Shown here in pieces: positions 36,949-46,104 of a stretch of DNA of 59,932 nt. Origin of the DNA: Nitrososphaerota archaeon (GTDB taxonomy: Archaea; Thermoproteota; Nitrososphaeria; Nitrososphaerales; JAAOZN01); assembly GCA_011605775.1 (NCBI GenBank), contig JAAOZN010000008.1, positions 1-59,932 on the forward strand, in the 5' to 3' direction. The notes beneath the pieces were generated by a model. It was not told the origin of the DNA. It did not search any database and saw only the letters and a list, made by a program, of their open reading frames with translations. The stretch's first letter is position 1, and each line of letters begins with the position of its first letter. A program made the position numbers and the translations under genes.

Positions 36949-38361
36949 ATGAGCGCGTTCAGAAACTTCATCTCATCCGTTTCAACGATCCTACCAGAGG
37001 TACCGAAACCAGCTAGGAAACCTAGTCTTACAGAGCGTTTCATCTGGACCGCCATCGCTCTCGTCATCTACCTCGTTATGGCTCAAGTTCCGCTCTACGG
37101 TGTAACAGTCGGCGGTCAGGATCAGCTTGCATTTACGAGAATAATCTTCGCTTCCTCTCAAGGTACACTTATGGAGCTCGGCATCGGACCGATCGTTACC
37201 GCTGGTCTTATTCTCCAGCTACTTAAGGGCGCTGAAATCTTTAAGGTTGATTTTAAGAAGCCTGAAGATAGAGCCCTCTTCACATCAGCCACTAAGATAC
37301 TTACATTTATCGTCATTCTGGTAGAAGCTTCGGCTTACATCGCTGGTGGAGCGTTCGGTAGGAACCTCACTTCAACCACCGTAATAATCCTACTTGCCCA
37401 ACTCTTGTTTGCGGGTGTAGTTGTTATGCTTCTGGACGAGCTCGTTCAGAAGGGTTGGGGGATAGGGAGTGGTATATCGCTTTTCATTATGGCTGGTGTA
37501 GCGCAGCGCATACTGTGGGACATGTTCAGCATACTACCAACTGGTGCGGGTTACTTCGGAGCCATCCCGTATGCGGTCAACGCTACATTAGCTGGTGTGC
37601 CGCACGAAGCTTGGTTCAGACCTCATGGATTACCAAGCATCTCAACACTATTAATCACACTACTAGTTATCCTAGCAATAATCTACATCGAAGGGATTAG
37701 AATCGAGATCCCAATAACCTCAACCAGATACCGAGGGTTCTCAGGCGTATACCCGATCAAGCTGATGTATGTCTCAAACATACCAGTCATTCTAACATCA
37801 GCGCTAATGGCCAACTTAACATTCTTCTCACAAATACTCTGGAGAAACCTCAACCCAAATAATGATAACCCGATCTTAAACACAATCGTAACCTTTAACC
37901 AAACAAATCCAGGAGCAGGGCCTACAGGCGGTCTTATCTACTATATGTCGATACCATCTTCACCAGACATAGCGATGGCTGAGCCTTTACGCACCGCAAC
38001 CTCGATTCTAATTTTGATAGGATTTGCTGTGCTCTTCGCTAAGATCTGGGTTGAAATAGGTGGGCTATCGCCCAAGGCTGTGGCTCAGAGTCTGCTCGAT
38101 GCTAATGTTCAGGTCCCTGGGTTTAGGAGGAGTAGTGTGTCTGTTGAGAGCATCTTGAATAAGTATATTCCAGCCTTAACGATAGTGAGCGGTGTAATCA
38201 TAGGTCTTATAGCTGGGGGTTCGCAGGTCTTAGGTGTCTTCGGATCTGGGATAGGTATCCTCCTTATGGTTGATATCATCCTTAACTACTATCAGATGCT
38301 CATGAGAGAGCAGCTTGAGACTATGATGCCAAGATTAGCTGGTCTGTTGGGCAAAGGCTAG
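36949..38361 (+). CDS. secY: Preprotein translocase subunit SecY
   Basis: 470-aa, 10-TM protein with GIGPIVTAGLILQLL and the conserved position after uL15. Confidence 0.95.
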   Translation: MSAFRNFISSVSTILPEVPKPARKPSLTERFIWTAIALVIYLVMAQVPLYGVTVGGQDQLAFTRIIFASSQGTLMELGIGPIVTAGLILQLLKGAEIFKVDFKKPEDRALFTSATKILTFIVILVEASAYIAGGAFGRNLTSTTVIILLAQLLFAGVVVMLLDELVQKGWGIGSGISLFIMAGVAQRILWDMFSILPTGAGYFGAIPYAVNATLAGVPHEAWFRPHGLPSISTLLITLLVILAIIYIEGIRIEIPITSTRYRGFSGVYPIKLMYVSNIPVILTSALMANLTFFSQILWRNLNPNNDNPILNTIVTFNQTNPGAGPTGGLIYYMSIPSSPDIAMAEPLRTATSILILIGFAVLFAKIWVEIGGLSPKAVAQSLLDANVQVPGFRRSSVSVESILNKYIPALTIVSGVIIGLIAGGSQVLGVFGSGIGILLMVDIILNYYQMLMREQLETMMPRLAGLLGKG

Positions 38362-38786
38362 GGATCTAGGGGATTTAGGAGAAACTCAGCATAATCTTCC
38401 CTCATCCTCCCCCTATTCCATTTCAACCGAGGCTTCAACTTTACCCTTACAACATCTTCAATACCGGCTCTGATTAAGCCATCTATTAGGCTCTGCTTAT
38501 CTAACCTAAGATAGAGCTTCCCGTGCTCATCAAGATACTTTTCGACTTCGCCTGCGATTCTCATTCTGTCTGATTCATCCATTTTTAGAACGAGCTGCTT
38601 ACCCCACTCATCAGCCCTACGCCCAGTCAAATGGGCAACATACCTCTTAACCTCGTTACCATAATGCCCACCCAAGACTGTTTTTGTGAAGTCTCGAGGA
38701 TCGATGTTAAGTGCGTTTGAGAAGGCCAATAAGCACCTCTCCTCATCTTCAGTTGCGTGCAAATGAAATGAGATCTCAGCCGACAT
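38358..38786 (-). CDS. DUF54/COG1325-like putative RNA-binding protein (predicted exosome-associated)
   Basis: The N-terminus ISFHLHATEDEE and GGHYGN are reminiscent of the PF01877 family. The ATG at 38786 is preferred over the longer 38828 ORF. It is convergent with secY, with a 4-nt overlap. Confidence 0.5.
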   Translation of the reverse strand: MSAEISFHLHATEDEERCLLAFSNALNIDPRDFTKTVLGGHYGNEVKRYVAHLTGRRADEWGKQLVLKMDESDRMRIAGEVEKYLDEHGKLYLRLDKQSLIDGLIRAGIEDVVRVKLKPRLKWNRGRMREDYAEFLLNPLDP

Positions 38787-38885
38787 AAATGAGATCTTAG
38801 GCAAGCGCACCATACACTGATCTAACAAGGGATACCTATATCTTTATTCATACCGAATACGCATAAGCTTGTGGTCGGATAGGAG

Positions 38886-39431
38886 TTGGGAGCGCAGAAG
38901 AAGATACGCAAGCACCTAAAGATAGAGGATTTGTTAGAGGAGCAGCTTAGACGTGAAATGTTCCTTGAATCTGGCAAGAAGTTTAGATACATAGATGACT
39001 GGGACACTGTTATGCACTCTGTGTATGAAATACCAATAGAGTATGGTGGCTACACGAAGAGGGTTCCAGAGCTAAGGTTTCTAAAAGAGATGGTTGATAC
39101 GCTGACCAGCGGTGGCTTCGAGGAGGTTAAGCGCTCAGAGAGCAGAAAGAAGCAGATGAGGGAATTCACAAAGACGATGAGTATGTATTATAACCTAATC
39201 TTCAAGATGAAGGATCATAAAGTCGGCTACGGCGCCTTGATCTACTTCCCAGAACTCAACCCGCAGCAGCCTGAGAGAAGCAAGGGCATCGTACTTATGG
39301 CGAAGTGTGTAGTCAAAGGTGGAGAGGTCGAATTTACCTACGAGAAGGCTAAGTTTGACGACTTTCTGATAGAGGTTAAACCATACATCGAACTCTTAGG
39401 AGACCTCTATAGAGCGCATAAACCAACTTAA
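38886..39431 (+). CDS. Hypothetical protein, no family recognised
   Basis: 181-aa ORF with a TTG start, filling the gap upstream of kae1. It is charged and soluble, with no recognisable motif. Confidence 0.45.
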   Translation: MGAQKKIRKHLKIEDLLEEQLRREMFLESGKKFRYIDDWDTVMHSVYEIPIEYGGYTKRVPELRFLKEMVDTLTSGGFEEVKRSESRKKQMREFTKTMSMYYNLIFKMKDHKVGYGALIYFPELNPQQPERSKGIVLMAKCVVKGGEVEFTYEKAKFDDFLIEVKPYIELLGDLYRAHKPT

Positions 39432-39448
39432 CTGACGCTGAATAAGCC

Positions 39449-40459
39449 TTGTTACCCAACTTAGAGAAGGTAATATACGGTTTAGGTATTGAATCGACAG
39501 CCCACACCTTTGGAGCATCGATAGTTGAATCAACTGGTAAGATCTTATCAGATGTAAAGTCCGTTTACACGCCTCCAGAGGGCTCAGGCATCCACCCGCG
39601 TGAAGCATCTAGACACCACGCCGAAAAAGCATCTGCTGTAATAGAAGAAGCTCTGAGAGTAGCTGGGATAAGGGTCAGGGATCTTTCATTTGTAGCTTAT
39701 TCAGCAGGGCCGGGTCTAGGCCCGTGTTTGAGGGTTGGTGCTACTGTAGCTAGAGCACTTGCATCCTACTTTAATTTACCACTAGTGCCTGTAAATCATG
39801 CGGTTGGGCATATTGAGGTTGCCATATTGGAGGCCGGCTTTTCCGATCCACTTGTCCTCCTTGTTTCAGGCGGGCATACGCTCATATCAGCCCACTCAAA
39901 AGGTAGGTGGAGGATCTTCGGCGAAACCCTCGACATAACTATAGGGCAGCTTCTTGACCAGTTCGGTAGAGCAGCCGGCTTTGCTTCACCCGCAGGCAAA
40001 AAGATCGAGGAGCTAGCAAAATCTGCCAAAAGATACGTAAATCTACCATACACAGTGAAGGGTAATGACGTCCAGTTTTCAGGTCTACTGACAGCGGCAA
40101 AGAACCTCTTATCTTCGGGTGAATCGCTCGAGGATCTGGCATACTCCATACAGGAGACGGGCTTCGCTATGCTCTGTGAGGTAACCGAGCGTGCTCTAGC
40201 TTTCACGGAGAAGCATGAGCTACTTGTCACAGGCGGGGTTGCTGCGAACCGAAGGTTGTGTGAGATGCTTAATGCGGTTGCATCTCGGCATAACGCAAAG
40301 TTCGGCGCCGTCTCCTCGAAGTATGCTGGTGACTGTGGCGCTCAGATCGCTTGGACAGGTCTCTTGGCGTATTGTGCTGGGGTTTCTGTTCCTGTTGAGA
40401 AGAGCATCATAAGGCAGTCTTGGAGGCTTGATTCGGTCGATACGCCTTGGAGAAGCTGA
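39449..40459 (+). CDS. kae1: tRNA N6-adenosine threonylcarbamoyltransferase Kae1
   Basis: GIESTAHTFGASIV, HHAE, GPGLGPCLRVG, NHAVGHIE and LLVSGGHT are ASKHA-fold Kae1/TsaD signatures. Confidence 0.9.
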   Translation: MLPNLEKVIYGLGIESTAHTFGASIVESTGKILSDVKSVYTPPEGSGIHPREASRHHAEKASAVIEEALRVAGIRVRDLSFVAYSAGPGLGPCLRVGATVARALASYFNLPLVPVNHAVGHIEVAILEAGFSDPLVLLVSGGHTLISAHSKGRWRIFGETLDITIGQLLDQFGRAAGFASPAGKKIEELAKSAKRYVNLPYTVKGNDVQFSGLLTAAKNLLSSGESLEDLAYSIQETGFAMLCEVTERALAFTEKHELLVTGGVAANRRLCEMLNAVASRHNAKFGAVSSKYAGDCGAQIAWTGLLAYCAGVSVPVEKSIIRQSWRLDSVDTPWRS

Positions 40460-41082
40460 TAAGGAAGGGTGCTGAAGCAGACCTCTACTTGACCAACTGG
40501 CTTGATCTACTGGCTGTGAGGAAAGTTAGGGTTACCAAGCCCTATTTCCAACCACAGCTAGACCAAGCGATCAGATCACATAGAACTTCGCAGGAAGCCC
40601 TCTTCTTAAGGAAGGCGCGTGAATGCGGCGTTTCAACACCTCTGGTCTACTTTGTCGACCCAAAAAGAGCAGAGCTCATAATGCAGTTTATTGAAGGTGA
40701 GCGGCTGAAAGAGGCTCTTCTAACAAGGTCTGATGAAGAGTGTGTAGGGTTGTGTAGAGAGATGGGTAGGGCTATAGCGCTTCTACATAGCCACGACATC
40801 ATGCACAGCGACCTGACACCATCCAACTTCATCATCTCAAAAGGTAGGCTTGTAGCCCTCGACTTCGGATTATCCTTCATCTCAAAGAAGCTTGAAGATA
40901 GAGCTGTTGATCTACACCTACTTAAGGGCGTGTTGATCAGCACCTACACAGAGAAGGCTGACCTCTACTTTAACAGCGTACTAGAGGGCTACAGCTCGAT
41001 TCACGGCGAAGCATTTGTAAACACTCTTAAAGCTAAGATCCGAGAGATTGAGCGCAGAGGAAGGTATGCTAGAGTCGTCTAA
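40447..41082 (+). CDS. bud32: KEOPS kinase/ATPase Bud32
   Basis: The small RIO-like kinase motifs are GAEADLY, HSHDIMHSDLTPSNFI and LDFGLS. It follows kae1 directly as a separate gene with a 13-nt overlap. Confidence 0.85.
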   Translation: MEKLIRKGAEADLYLTNWLDLLAVRKVRVTKPYFQPQLDQAIRSHRTSQEALFLRKARECGVSTPLVYFVDPKRAELIMQFIEGERLKEALLTRSDEECVGLCREMGRAIALLHSHDIMHSDLTPSNFIISKGRLVALDFGLSFISKKLEDRAVDLHLLKGVLISTYTEKADLYFNSVLEGYSSIHGEAFVNTLKAKIREIERRGRYARVV

Positions 41083-41653
41083 GCGAAGCATAATATTCGT
41101 AACCAGCAACCTCAACAAGGTGAAAGAGATCGAAGCCGTATTATCCAAATACAACATTAGAGTAGAGGTGTCAAGCGTAAAGAAGCGTGAGATACAGAGT
41201 GAGCAGCTAGAGGAGATAGCGAAAGAAAGCGCGTTGAGCGCCTATCAAGTCCTCAAAAGACCGCTATTCGTAGAGGACTCAGGGCTCTTCATAAAAGCGT
41301 TGAACGGCTTCCCAGGCCCCTACTCATCCTACACCTACAAGAAGATCGGCGTGGCTGGCATACTCAAACTCATGGCTGGTGAGAAGAATAGGGAAGCGGA
41401 ATTCGCCTCACAAATAGCCTACATCGATGAAAGAGGTATGATTAAACTATGCCGAGGCGTCTGCGAAGGGGTTATAGCTGAGGAGGCGAGAGGAAGCGGA
41501 GGATTCGGCTTCGACCCAATCTTCATACCAAAAGGGCAGACAAAAACCTTCGCTGAAATGAGCGTCGAAGAGAAGAACCGATTCTCACACCGCGCAAAAG
41601 CCGCTCATCTACTGGCCGAGGTATTGTTTGATCTTAAGCACCATAATGTTTGA
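41066..41653 (+). CDS. Non-canonical purine NTP pyrophosphatase (HAM1/RdgB family)
   Basis: IIFVTSNLNKVKE, EDSGLFI.ALNGFPGPYS, GFGFDPIF and SHR. Confidence 0.85.
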   Translation: MLESSKRSIIFVTSNLNKVKEIEAVLSKYNIRVEVSSVKKREIQSEQLEEIAKESALSAYQVLKRPLFVEDSGLFIKALNGFPGPYSSYTYKKIGVAGILKLMAGEKNREAEFASQIAYIDERGMIKLCRGVCEGVIAEEARGSGGFGFDPIFIPKGQTKTFAEMSVEEKNRFSHRAKAAHLLAEVLFDLKHHNV

Positions 41654-41704
41654 ACCACCTCTCCTTCTGAAAGCTTAAATACTTCTTTTTTGCTTATTCG
41701 TTTT

Positions 41705-43219
41705 ATGTCGTCTAAAAGGGGTGTTACTAGGAGAGGCTTCTTAACGGTTGCCGTTTCTGCTATTGTTGCTGGTGTCGTTGCTGGTGTAGGAGGCTACTAT
41801 GCTGGAACCTTAGCAGCGCCAGCTGAAGTCGTAAGGGAGGTTACGAAGACCATAGAGCGGACAACAACAATAACACCATCCCCAACTACAGTAACAAGAA
41901 CCGTAACAACAACAGTAACAGCATCAGCCACAGCAACCACAACAACTACACCAACCACAACAGCAACAACTCCAGCGCCAGATTACATCAAAATAGGTTG
42001 GCCAGCACCATTAACTGGAGCTGAAGCACCCTTCACCGAATCCTATCCTTGGATTGCTCGAAAAATCGAAGAAGTGGTCAATAAAGAAGGCGGTGTATAT
42101 GTCGCAAAATACGGCAAAAAGATACCCATAAAGATCATCTTGAGAGACACGCAAAGCGACACAGGTATGGCTACGACAGTCACTGAAGATCTTATAACGA
42201 GGGAAGGCGTACACATGATCGTTTCAAGCGTAGCATCCTCCGCAGTTCCAGTTAGCACGACCGCTGAAAGATACGGTATTCCCGCAATCATAAGTCAAGC
42301 CGTCGTTCTTGCTTGGTTAAAAGGTGGACCCTACAAGTGGGCCTACATCGCTTTCTTCGCTGAACCAGTATGTTATCTTGGATATATGGCGTACTGGCAA
42401 AAAGTCTTAAAGAAACCACCTAATGAGATAATAATCGGTGCTATTTGGAACGATGATCCAGCGGGTAGAGGATTCAGGGAAGCTTTTGCTAAAGTGGTTG
42501 GTAAGCGGGGGTACCAAATAATAGATGTAGGTTTGGTAGCTTGGGGCACCAAAGACTTCAGCGCATACATTGAGAGGTGGAAGCGAGAACGTGTAGAAGT
42601 GCTAGTTGCTAATATGATTGCGCCGGACTTCGCAACGTTGTGGAGGCAGACTCGTGAAATGGGATTCATACCAAAACTTACCTCCATAGGTAGAGCTATA
42701 ATGTTCCCCTCTAATGTTGAAGCTCTGGGCGGCGATCTCCCAATTGGTATAGCAACGGAGTACTCGTTCGGCCCGGCTTATCCAACCAGATCTAAGCTGC
42801 TTAATGTGACTGCGCAAGAATTTTGCGATCTATGGGAAAAAGAATCAGGTAGGCAATGGACAGAGCCTATAGGACCTGCCTTACATCTGCTCGAACTTGC
42901 TCTCAATGCGATTGAAAGGGCTGGTAATCTAGAACCTGAAGCGATTAGAAATGCTATAGCAGATACAGATATAGATACAATTCTTGGTCATGTGAACTTC
43001 AAACGACCATATCCTCCAGAGGTACAAGAAATAGTTCCTGACTTCCCGCAACTCGGTGATTACAAAGAGCATATTTCACTGACACCTCAAGTCGTTGGAC
43101 AGTGGTTTAAAGGAACAAAGTACAAGTGGGACAAGAAAGTGGTTGAGAACGGCATATGGAAAGAAATACCAATCGAAGTCGAACCAAAGACGATACCAGA
43201 GTTGCTAGGTATATCCTGA
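41705..43219 (+). CDS. ABC transporter substrate-binding protein, Leu/Ile/Val-type (PBP1) fold, with a Tat-like signal and a Thr-rich linker
   Basis: The N-terminus has TRRGFLTV plus a hydrophobic helix, followed by a T/A/P-rich stretch (TTTITPSPTTVTRTVTTTVTASATATTTTTPTTTATTP) and then a ~400-aa periplasmic-binding-protein-like domain. Liv-type ATPase and permease genes lie nearby. Confidence 0.7.
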   Translation: MSSKRGVTRRGFLTVAVSAIVAGVVAGVGGYYAGTLAAPAEVVREVTKTIERTTTITPSPTTVTRTVTTTVTASATATTTTTPTTTATTPAPDYIKIGWPAPLTGAEAPFTESYPWIARKIEEVVNKEGGVYVAKYGKKIPIKIILRDTQSDTGMATTVTEDLITREGVHMIVSSVASSAVPVSTTAERYGIPAIISQAVVLAWLKGGPYKWAYIAFFAEPVCYLGYMAYWQKVLKKPPNEIIIGAIWNDDPAGRGFREAFAKVVGKRGYQIIDVGLVAWGTKDFSAYIERWKRERVEVLVANMIAPDFATLWRQTREMGFIPKLTSIGRAIMFPSNVEALGGDLPIGIATEYSFGPAYPTRSKLLNVTAQEFCDLWEKESGRQWTEPIGPALHLLELALNAIERAGNLEPEAIRNAIADTDIDTILGHVNFKRPYPPEVQEIVPDFPQLGDYKEHISLTPQVVGQWFKGTKYKWDKKVVENGIWKEIPIEVEPKTIPELLGIS

Positions 43220-43235
43220 AATCTACTACTTCCCC

Positions 43236-43246
43236 CTTTTATTTTT
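43236..43246 (+). terminator. Oligo-T tract CTTTTATTTTT, archaeal terminator-like
   Basis: T-rich run 17 nt downstream of the substrate-binding-protein stop codon. Confidence 0.35.
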
Positions 43247-43302
43247 GATCAACTGCTTGGAGAAGCTTAATCTCTGAGCTGATTGAGCCTTCTTACAATC
43301 TG

Positions 43303-43375
43303 GATGATGTTACGATAAGGTTTTAGCGTTTGGTGCTTTCTTGGTTGTCATGTGTCTCCTTATCGTAACATCATC
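43303..43375 (-). mobile_element. MITE-like non-autonomous element, copy B (73 bp, inverted relative to copy A)
   Basis: Perfect 18-bp terminal inverted repeats GATGATGTTACGATAAGG / CCTTATCGTAACATCATC. The reverse complement matches copy A except for 2 substitutions and 3 indel nucleotides. It is flanked by the direct repeat ACAATCTG (43295-43302 and 43376-43383). Confidence 0.7.
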
Positions 43376-43427
43376 ACAATCTGAAGAGAAATACATATAT
43401 ATCTTGTTCGCCTTCTTCCGTCTTAAG

Positions 43428-44450
43428 ATGGATATAATAGATTTCGAAGCGCATTTCTACACAAAAGATTACGTTAAAACTCTTTTGAAAAATCGAAACT
43501 ATCCTCGGTATAAACCAGATAAAAAAAGAGATGTCTACTGGTTATCCTACACTCCTTTGGTTCAAGAGCCTCATACTGTGGGGCTATTGGATAAGTTAGT
43601 CGAAGTAGAAGAAAAGAGGATAAAAGATATGGACCAAGCAGGTGTAAAAATGCAAGTGCTAAGCCTTTCTGCGCCCGGATGTGAACAGTTTAACCCTTCG
43701 ACCGGAGTCAAGCTCGCTAGAAAGGTTAATGATGAACTTTCAGCCATCGTAGAGAAGCATTCAGATAGATTTGTTGGTCTTGCAAGCTTAGCGCCTCAAG
43801 ATCCCACAGAGGCTGCTGAAGAGCTTAGAAGAGCTGTGAAAGATCTAGGGCTTAGAGGGTGGAAGACCCATTCAAACATACGCGGAAGGTACCTTGATGA
43901 TAAAAGATACTGGGTAATCTTAGAAGAAGCCGAAAAGTTAGGAGTTCCAATATTTCTCCACCCCACTGTTCCTAGGATTAGAGAATTGGGAAAAGATTAT
44001 GCCTATGCATTAGGTGGCCCAGCTTTCGGGTTTACATTCGATACAGCACTATGTATGATGCGGTTAATCCTAAGTGGTGTATTTGATAAATACCCTAATC
44101 TCAAATTTGTCTTAGGCCATTTAGGTGAAACACTACCTTTCCTCCTCAACCGCCTTGATTTTCCTGTTTTAAGGCCGTGGGTTGCCCAGCATTTTAATAT
44201 CAAACTCTCAAAGAAACCAAGTGAATATCTCAAAACCAATGTCTTCGTGGGCACAAGCGGAGAATTCTATACGCCTGCTTTAACATTTGTTATCGAAACA
44301 CTAGGTTGCGATAAGATCTTGTTTGCATCAGACTACCCCTATGAGGATTCAATTAAAGCAGTAGAGCGCATAAAAGTGCTACCAATAAGCGAGGAAGATA
44401 AGATCAAAATCTACTATTTTAACGCTAAAGCTCTTTTAAATATCCGTTAG
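43428..44450 (+). CDS. Amidohydrolase_2 (ACMSD/gamma-resorcylate-decarboxylase-like) family protein
   Basis: The shared blocks are IIDFEAHFY, RIKDMDQAGVKMQVLSLSAP, DRFVGLASLAPQDP..AAEELRRAV.DLGLRG, IFLHP, FDTALCMMRLILSGVFDKYPNLKFVLGHLGETLPF and ASDYP. They follow the metal-dependent non-oxidative decarboxylase family layout. The ATG at 43428 is preferred, because the longer ORF runs through the MITE. Confidence 0.75.
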   Translation: MDIIDFEAHFYTKDYVKTLLKNRNYPRYKPDKKRDVYWLSYTPLVQEPHTVGLLDKLVEVEEKRIKDMDQAGVKMQVLSLSAPGCEQFNPSTGVKLARKVNDELSAIVEKHSDRFVGLASLAPQDPTEAAEELRRAVKDLGLRGWKTHSNIRGRYLDDKRYWVILEEAEKLGVPIFLHPTVPRIRELGKDYAYALGGPAFGFTFDTALCMMRLILSGVFDKYPNLKFVLGHLGETLPFLLNRLDFPVLRPWVAQHFNIKLSKKPSEYLKTNVFVGTSGEFYTPALTFVIETLGCDKILFASDYPYEDSIKAVERIKVLPISEEDKIKIYYFNAKALLNIR

Positions 44451-44530
44451 ACCAAGTGGTATGTTCCTCGAGACTCGAAAAGAATAAAAGCTGCATCAGA
44501 AGACAGCAAAACTTATATAACGAAATCTGA

Positions 44531-45283
44531 ATGAAAGTTATTCGTGTTCCGAACTTGTTAGAGGGCGTTAATCTGGTTAAGCGCTTTGGTGCACTAACGG
44601 CTGTAAAAAACGTAAGTTTCGTGGTGGAGAAAGGACAAATAATTGGGCTCATCGGACCAAACGGCTCAGGAAAAACGACGCTATTTAACCTTATTTCAGG
44701 TGTTCTTATACCGGATGAAGGGCGTGTTAAATTTGGTGGTAAGGATATCACTGGTTTACCGCCTTATAAGATCTGTAGATTGGGTATTGCAAGAACCTAT
44801 CAGATTGTAAAACCATTTTTAGAGATGACTGTGCTTGAAAATGTCATAGTAGGTATGCTTTATTGTGCTGGAGAAGCTCTGAACAAAAGTAGGAGTGAAG
44901 CGCAACAATACTTGACATTAGTTGGATTGGACAAAAAGAAGGACCTACTCGCGTCTCGCCTTAATATAGCTGAGAGAAAATTTCTTGAAATTGCACGTGC
45001 TCTCGCAACAAAACCTAAAGTCTTACTCTTAGATGAGCCGTTGAGCGGATTAAACCCCACAGAGATCAATGAAGCAAAGAAGCTTATCAGAGGGATTAGA
45101 GAGGATTTTGGTGTCACTATCATATGGGTAGAACATATTCTCAGAGCTTTATATGGTACAGTAGAGAAAGTTATTGTACTTAATTATGGCGAAAAGATTG
45201 CGGAGGGCTCCCTAGAAGCTGTAACAAACGATCCGAAAGTGTTAGAAGCTTATCTTGGCGAAAAATGGGCTATCAAGGGCTGA
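44531..45283 (+). CDS. ABC transporter ATP-binding protein, LivG-like
   Basis: Walker A GPNGSGKTT, signature LSGLN-type region, Walker B LLLDEP, and the C-terminal BCA-ABC extension (DPKVLEAYLG). Confidence 0.85.
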   Translation: MKVIRVPNLLEGVNLVKRFGALTAVKNVSFVVEKGQIIGLIGPNGSGKTTLFNLISGVLIPDEGRVKFGGKDITGLPPYKICRLGIARTYQIVKPFLEMTVLENVIVGMLYCAGEALNKSRSEAQQYLTLVGLDKKKDLLASRLNIAERKFLEIARALATKPKVLLLDEPLSGLNPTEINEAKKLIRGIREDFGVTIIWVEHILRALYGTVEKVIVLNYGEKIAEGSLEAVTNDPKVLEAYLGEKWAIKG

Positions 45284-45290
45284 GAAAGCT

Positions 45291-46010
45291 ATGGAAAACG
45301 GGCACCTAGAAGTTAAAAACATAAACGTTTCTTACGGGGAAATGCAAGTTATCTGGGATGTTTCTCTGAGGGTCAAAAAGGGCGAGATCGTAGCATTGAT
45401 CGGTCCTAATGGCGCAGGCAAAACAACACTATGCAAGACTATCATAGGTGCTCTTAAACCTAGGACAGGTTCCATAATATTCAATGGAGAACAAATAGAT
45501 AAACTTTCGATACCTGAGATCATAAGACGGGGGGTAACCATTGTACCAGAAGGTCGAAGACTTTTCGGTCATATGACGGTGCGTGAAAATCTCGAGCTCG
45601 GAGTATATGCTTCTAAAGCGAAAACTGAGATGAAGCACACGCTTGAAGAAGTCTTTGCTTTCTTTCCCAGACTAAAAGAGAGAGAAAATCAACTCGCCGG
45701 CTCCCTGAGTGGAGGAGAACAGCAGATGCTCGCGCTCGCAAGAGGGCTGATGACTAAACCTCAACTTCTAATATTAGACGAACCTTCTTTGGGTCTTGCT
45801 CCTAAAATCGTCCTTCAAATATACGATCTGATAAAGAATATTCGAGAACAAGGTATTACAATCTTGCTTATTGAGCAGTATGCTGATCGCGCGCTAGAAA
45901 ATTCAGATAGGGGTTATGTGTTAGAGCGGGGTAGAGTTGTGCTTGAAGGATTATCGTCTACCCTTCTGAAGGATGAACGTGTTAGAAAAGCGTATCTGGG
46001 TGAAGAATGA
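45291..46010 (+). CDS. ABC transporter ATP-binding protein, LivF-like
   Basis: GPNGAGKTT, LSGGEQQMLA, LILDEPSLGLAP and a C-terminal VRKAYLG. Confidence 0.85.
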   Translation: MENGHLEVKNINVSYGEMQVIWDVSLRVKKGEIVALIGPNGAGKTTLCKTIIGALKPRTGSIIFNGEQIDKLSIPEIIRRGVTIVPEGRRLFGHMTVRENLELGVYASKAKTEMKHTLEEVFAFFPRLKERENQLAGSLSGGEQQMLALARGLMTKPQLLILDEPSLGLAPKIVLQIYDLIKNIREQGITILLIEQYADRALENSDRGYVLERGRVVLEGLSSTLLKDERVRKAYLGEE

Positions 46011-46104
46011 AGTTTAAGATTATTTGTGGGCCGAGACGCCCTTCTCTCTATGTATCTTCAGTATTCTTCCGTAGTGCCGCTTAGATTGCTTTGGTAAAAC
46101 AAAC

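Noticed and set aside
41860-41990. ACA/ACC-rich repeat-like tract, considered as a tandem repeat or spacer array
   Set aside because: It is in frame within the binding-protein gene and encodes a Thr-rich linker. It has no regular repeat unit and no repeat-spacer architecture.
43341-43427. N-terminal extension of the amidohydrolase ORF (MVVMCLLIVTSSQSEEKYIYILFAFFRLK)
   Set aside because: The extension starts inside the MITE copy and reads through a TATA-like box. The family-typical N-terminus (MDIIDFEAHFY) starts at the ATG at 43428.
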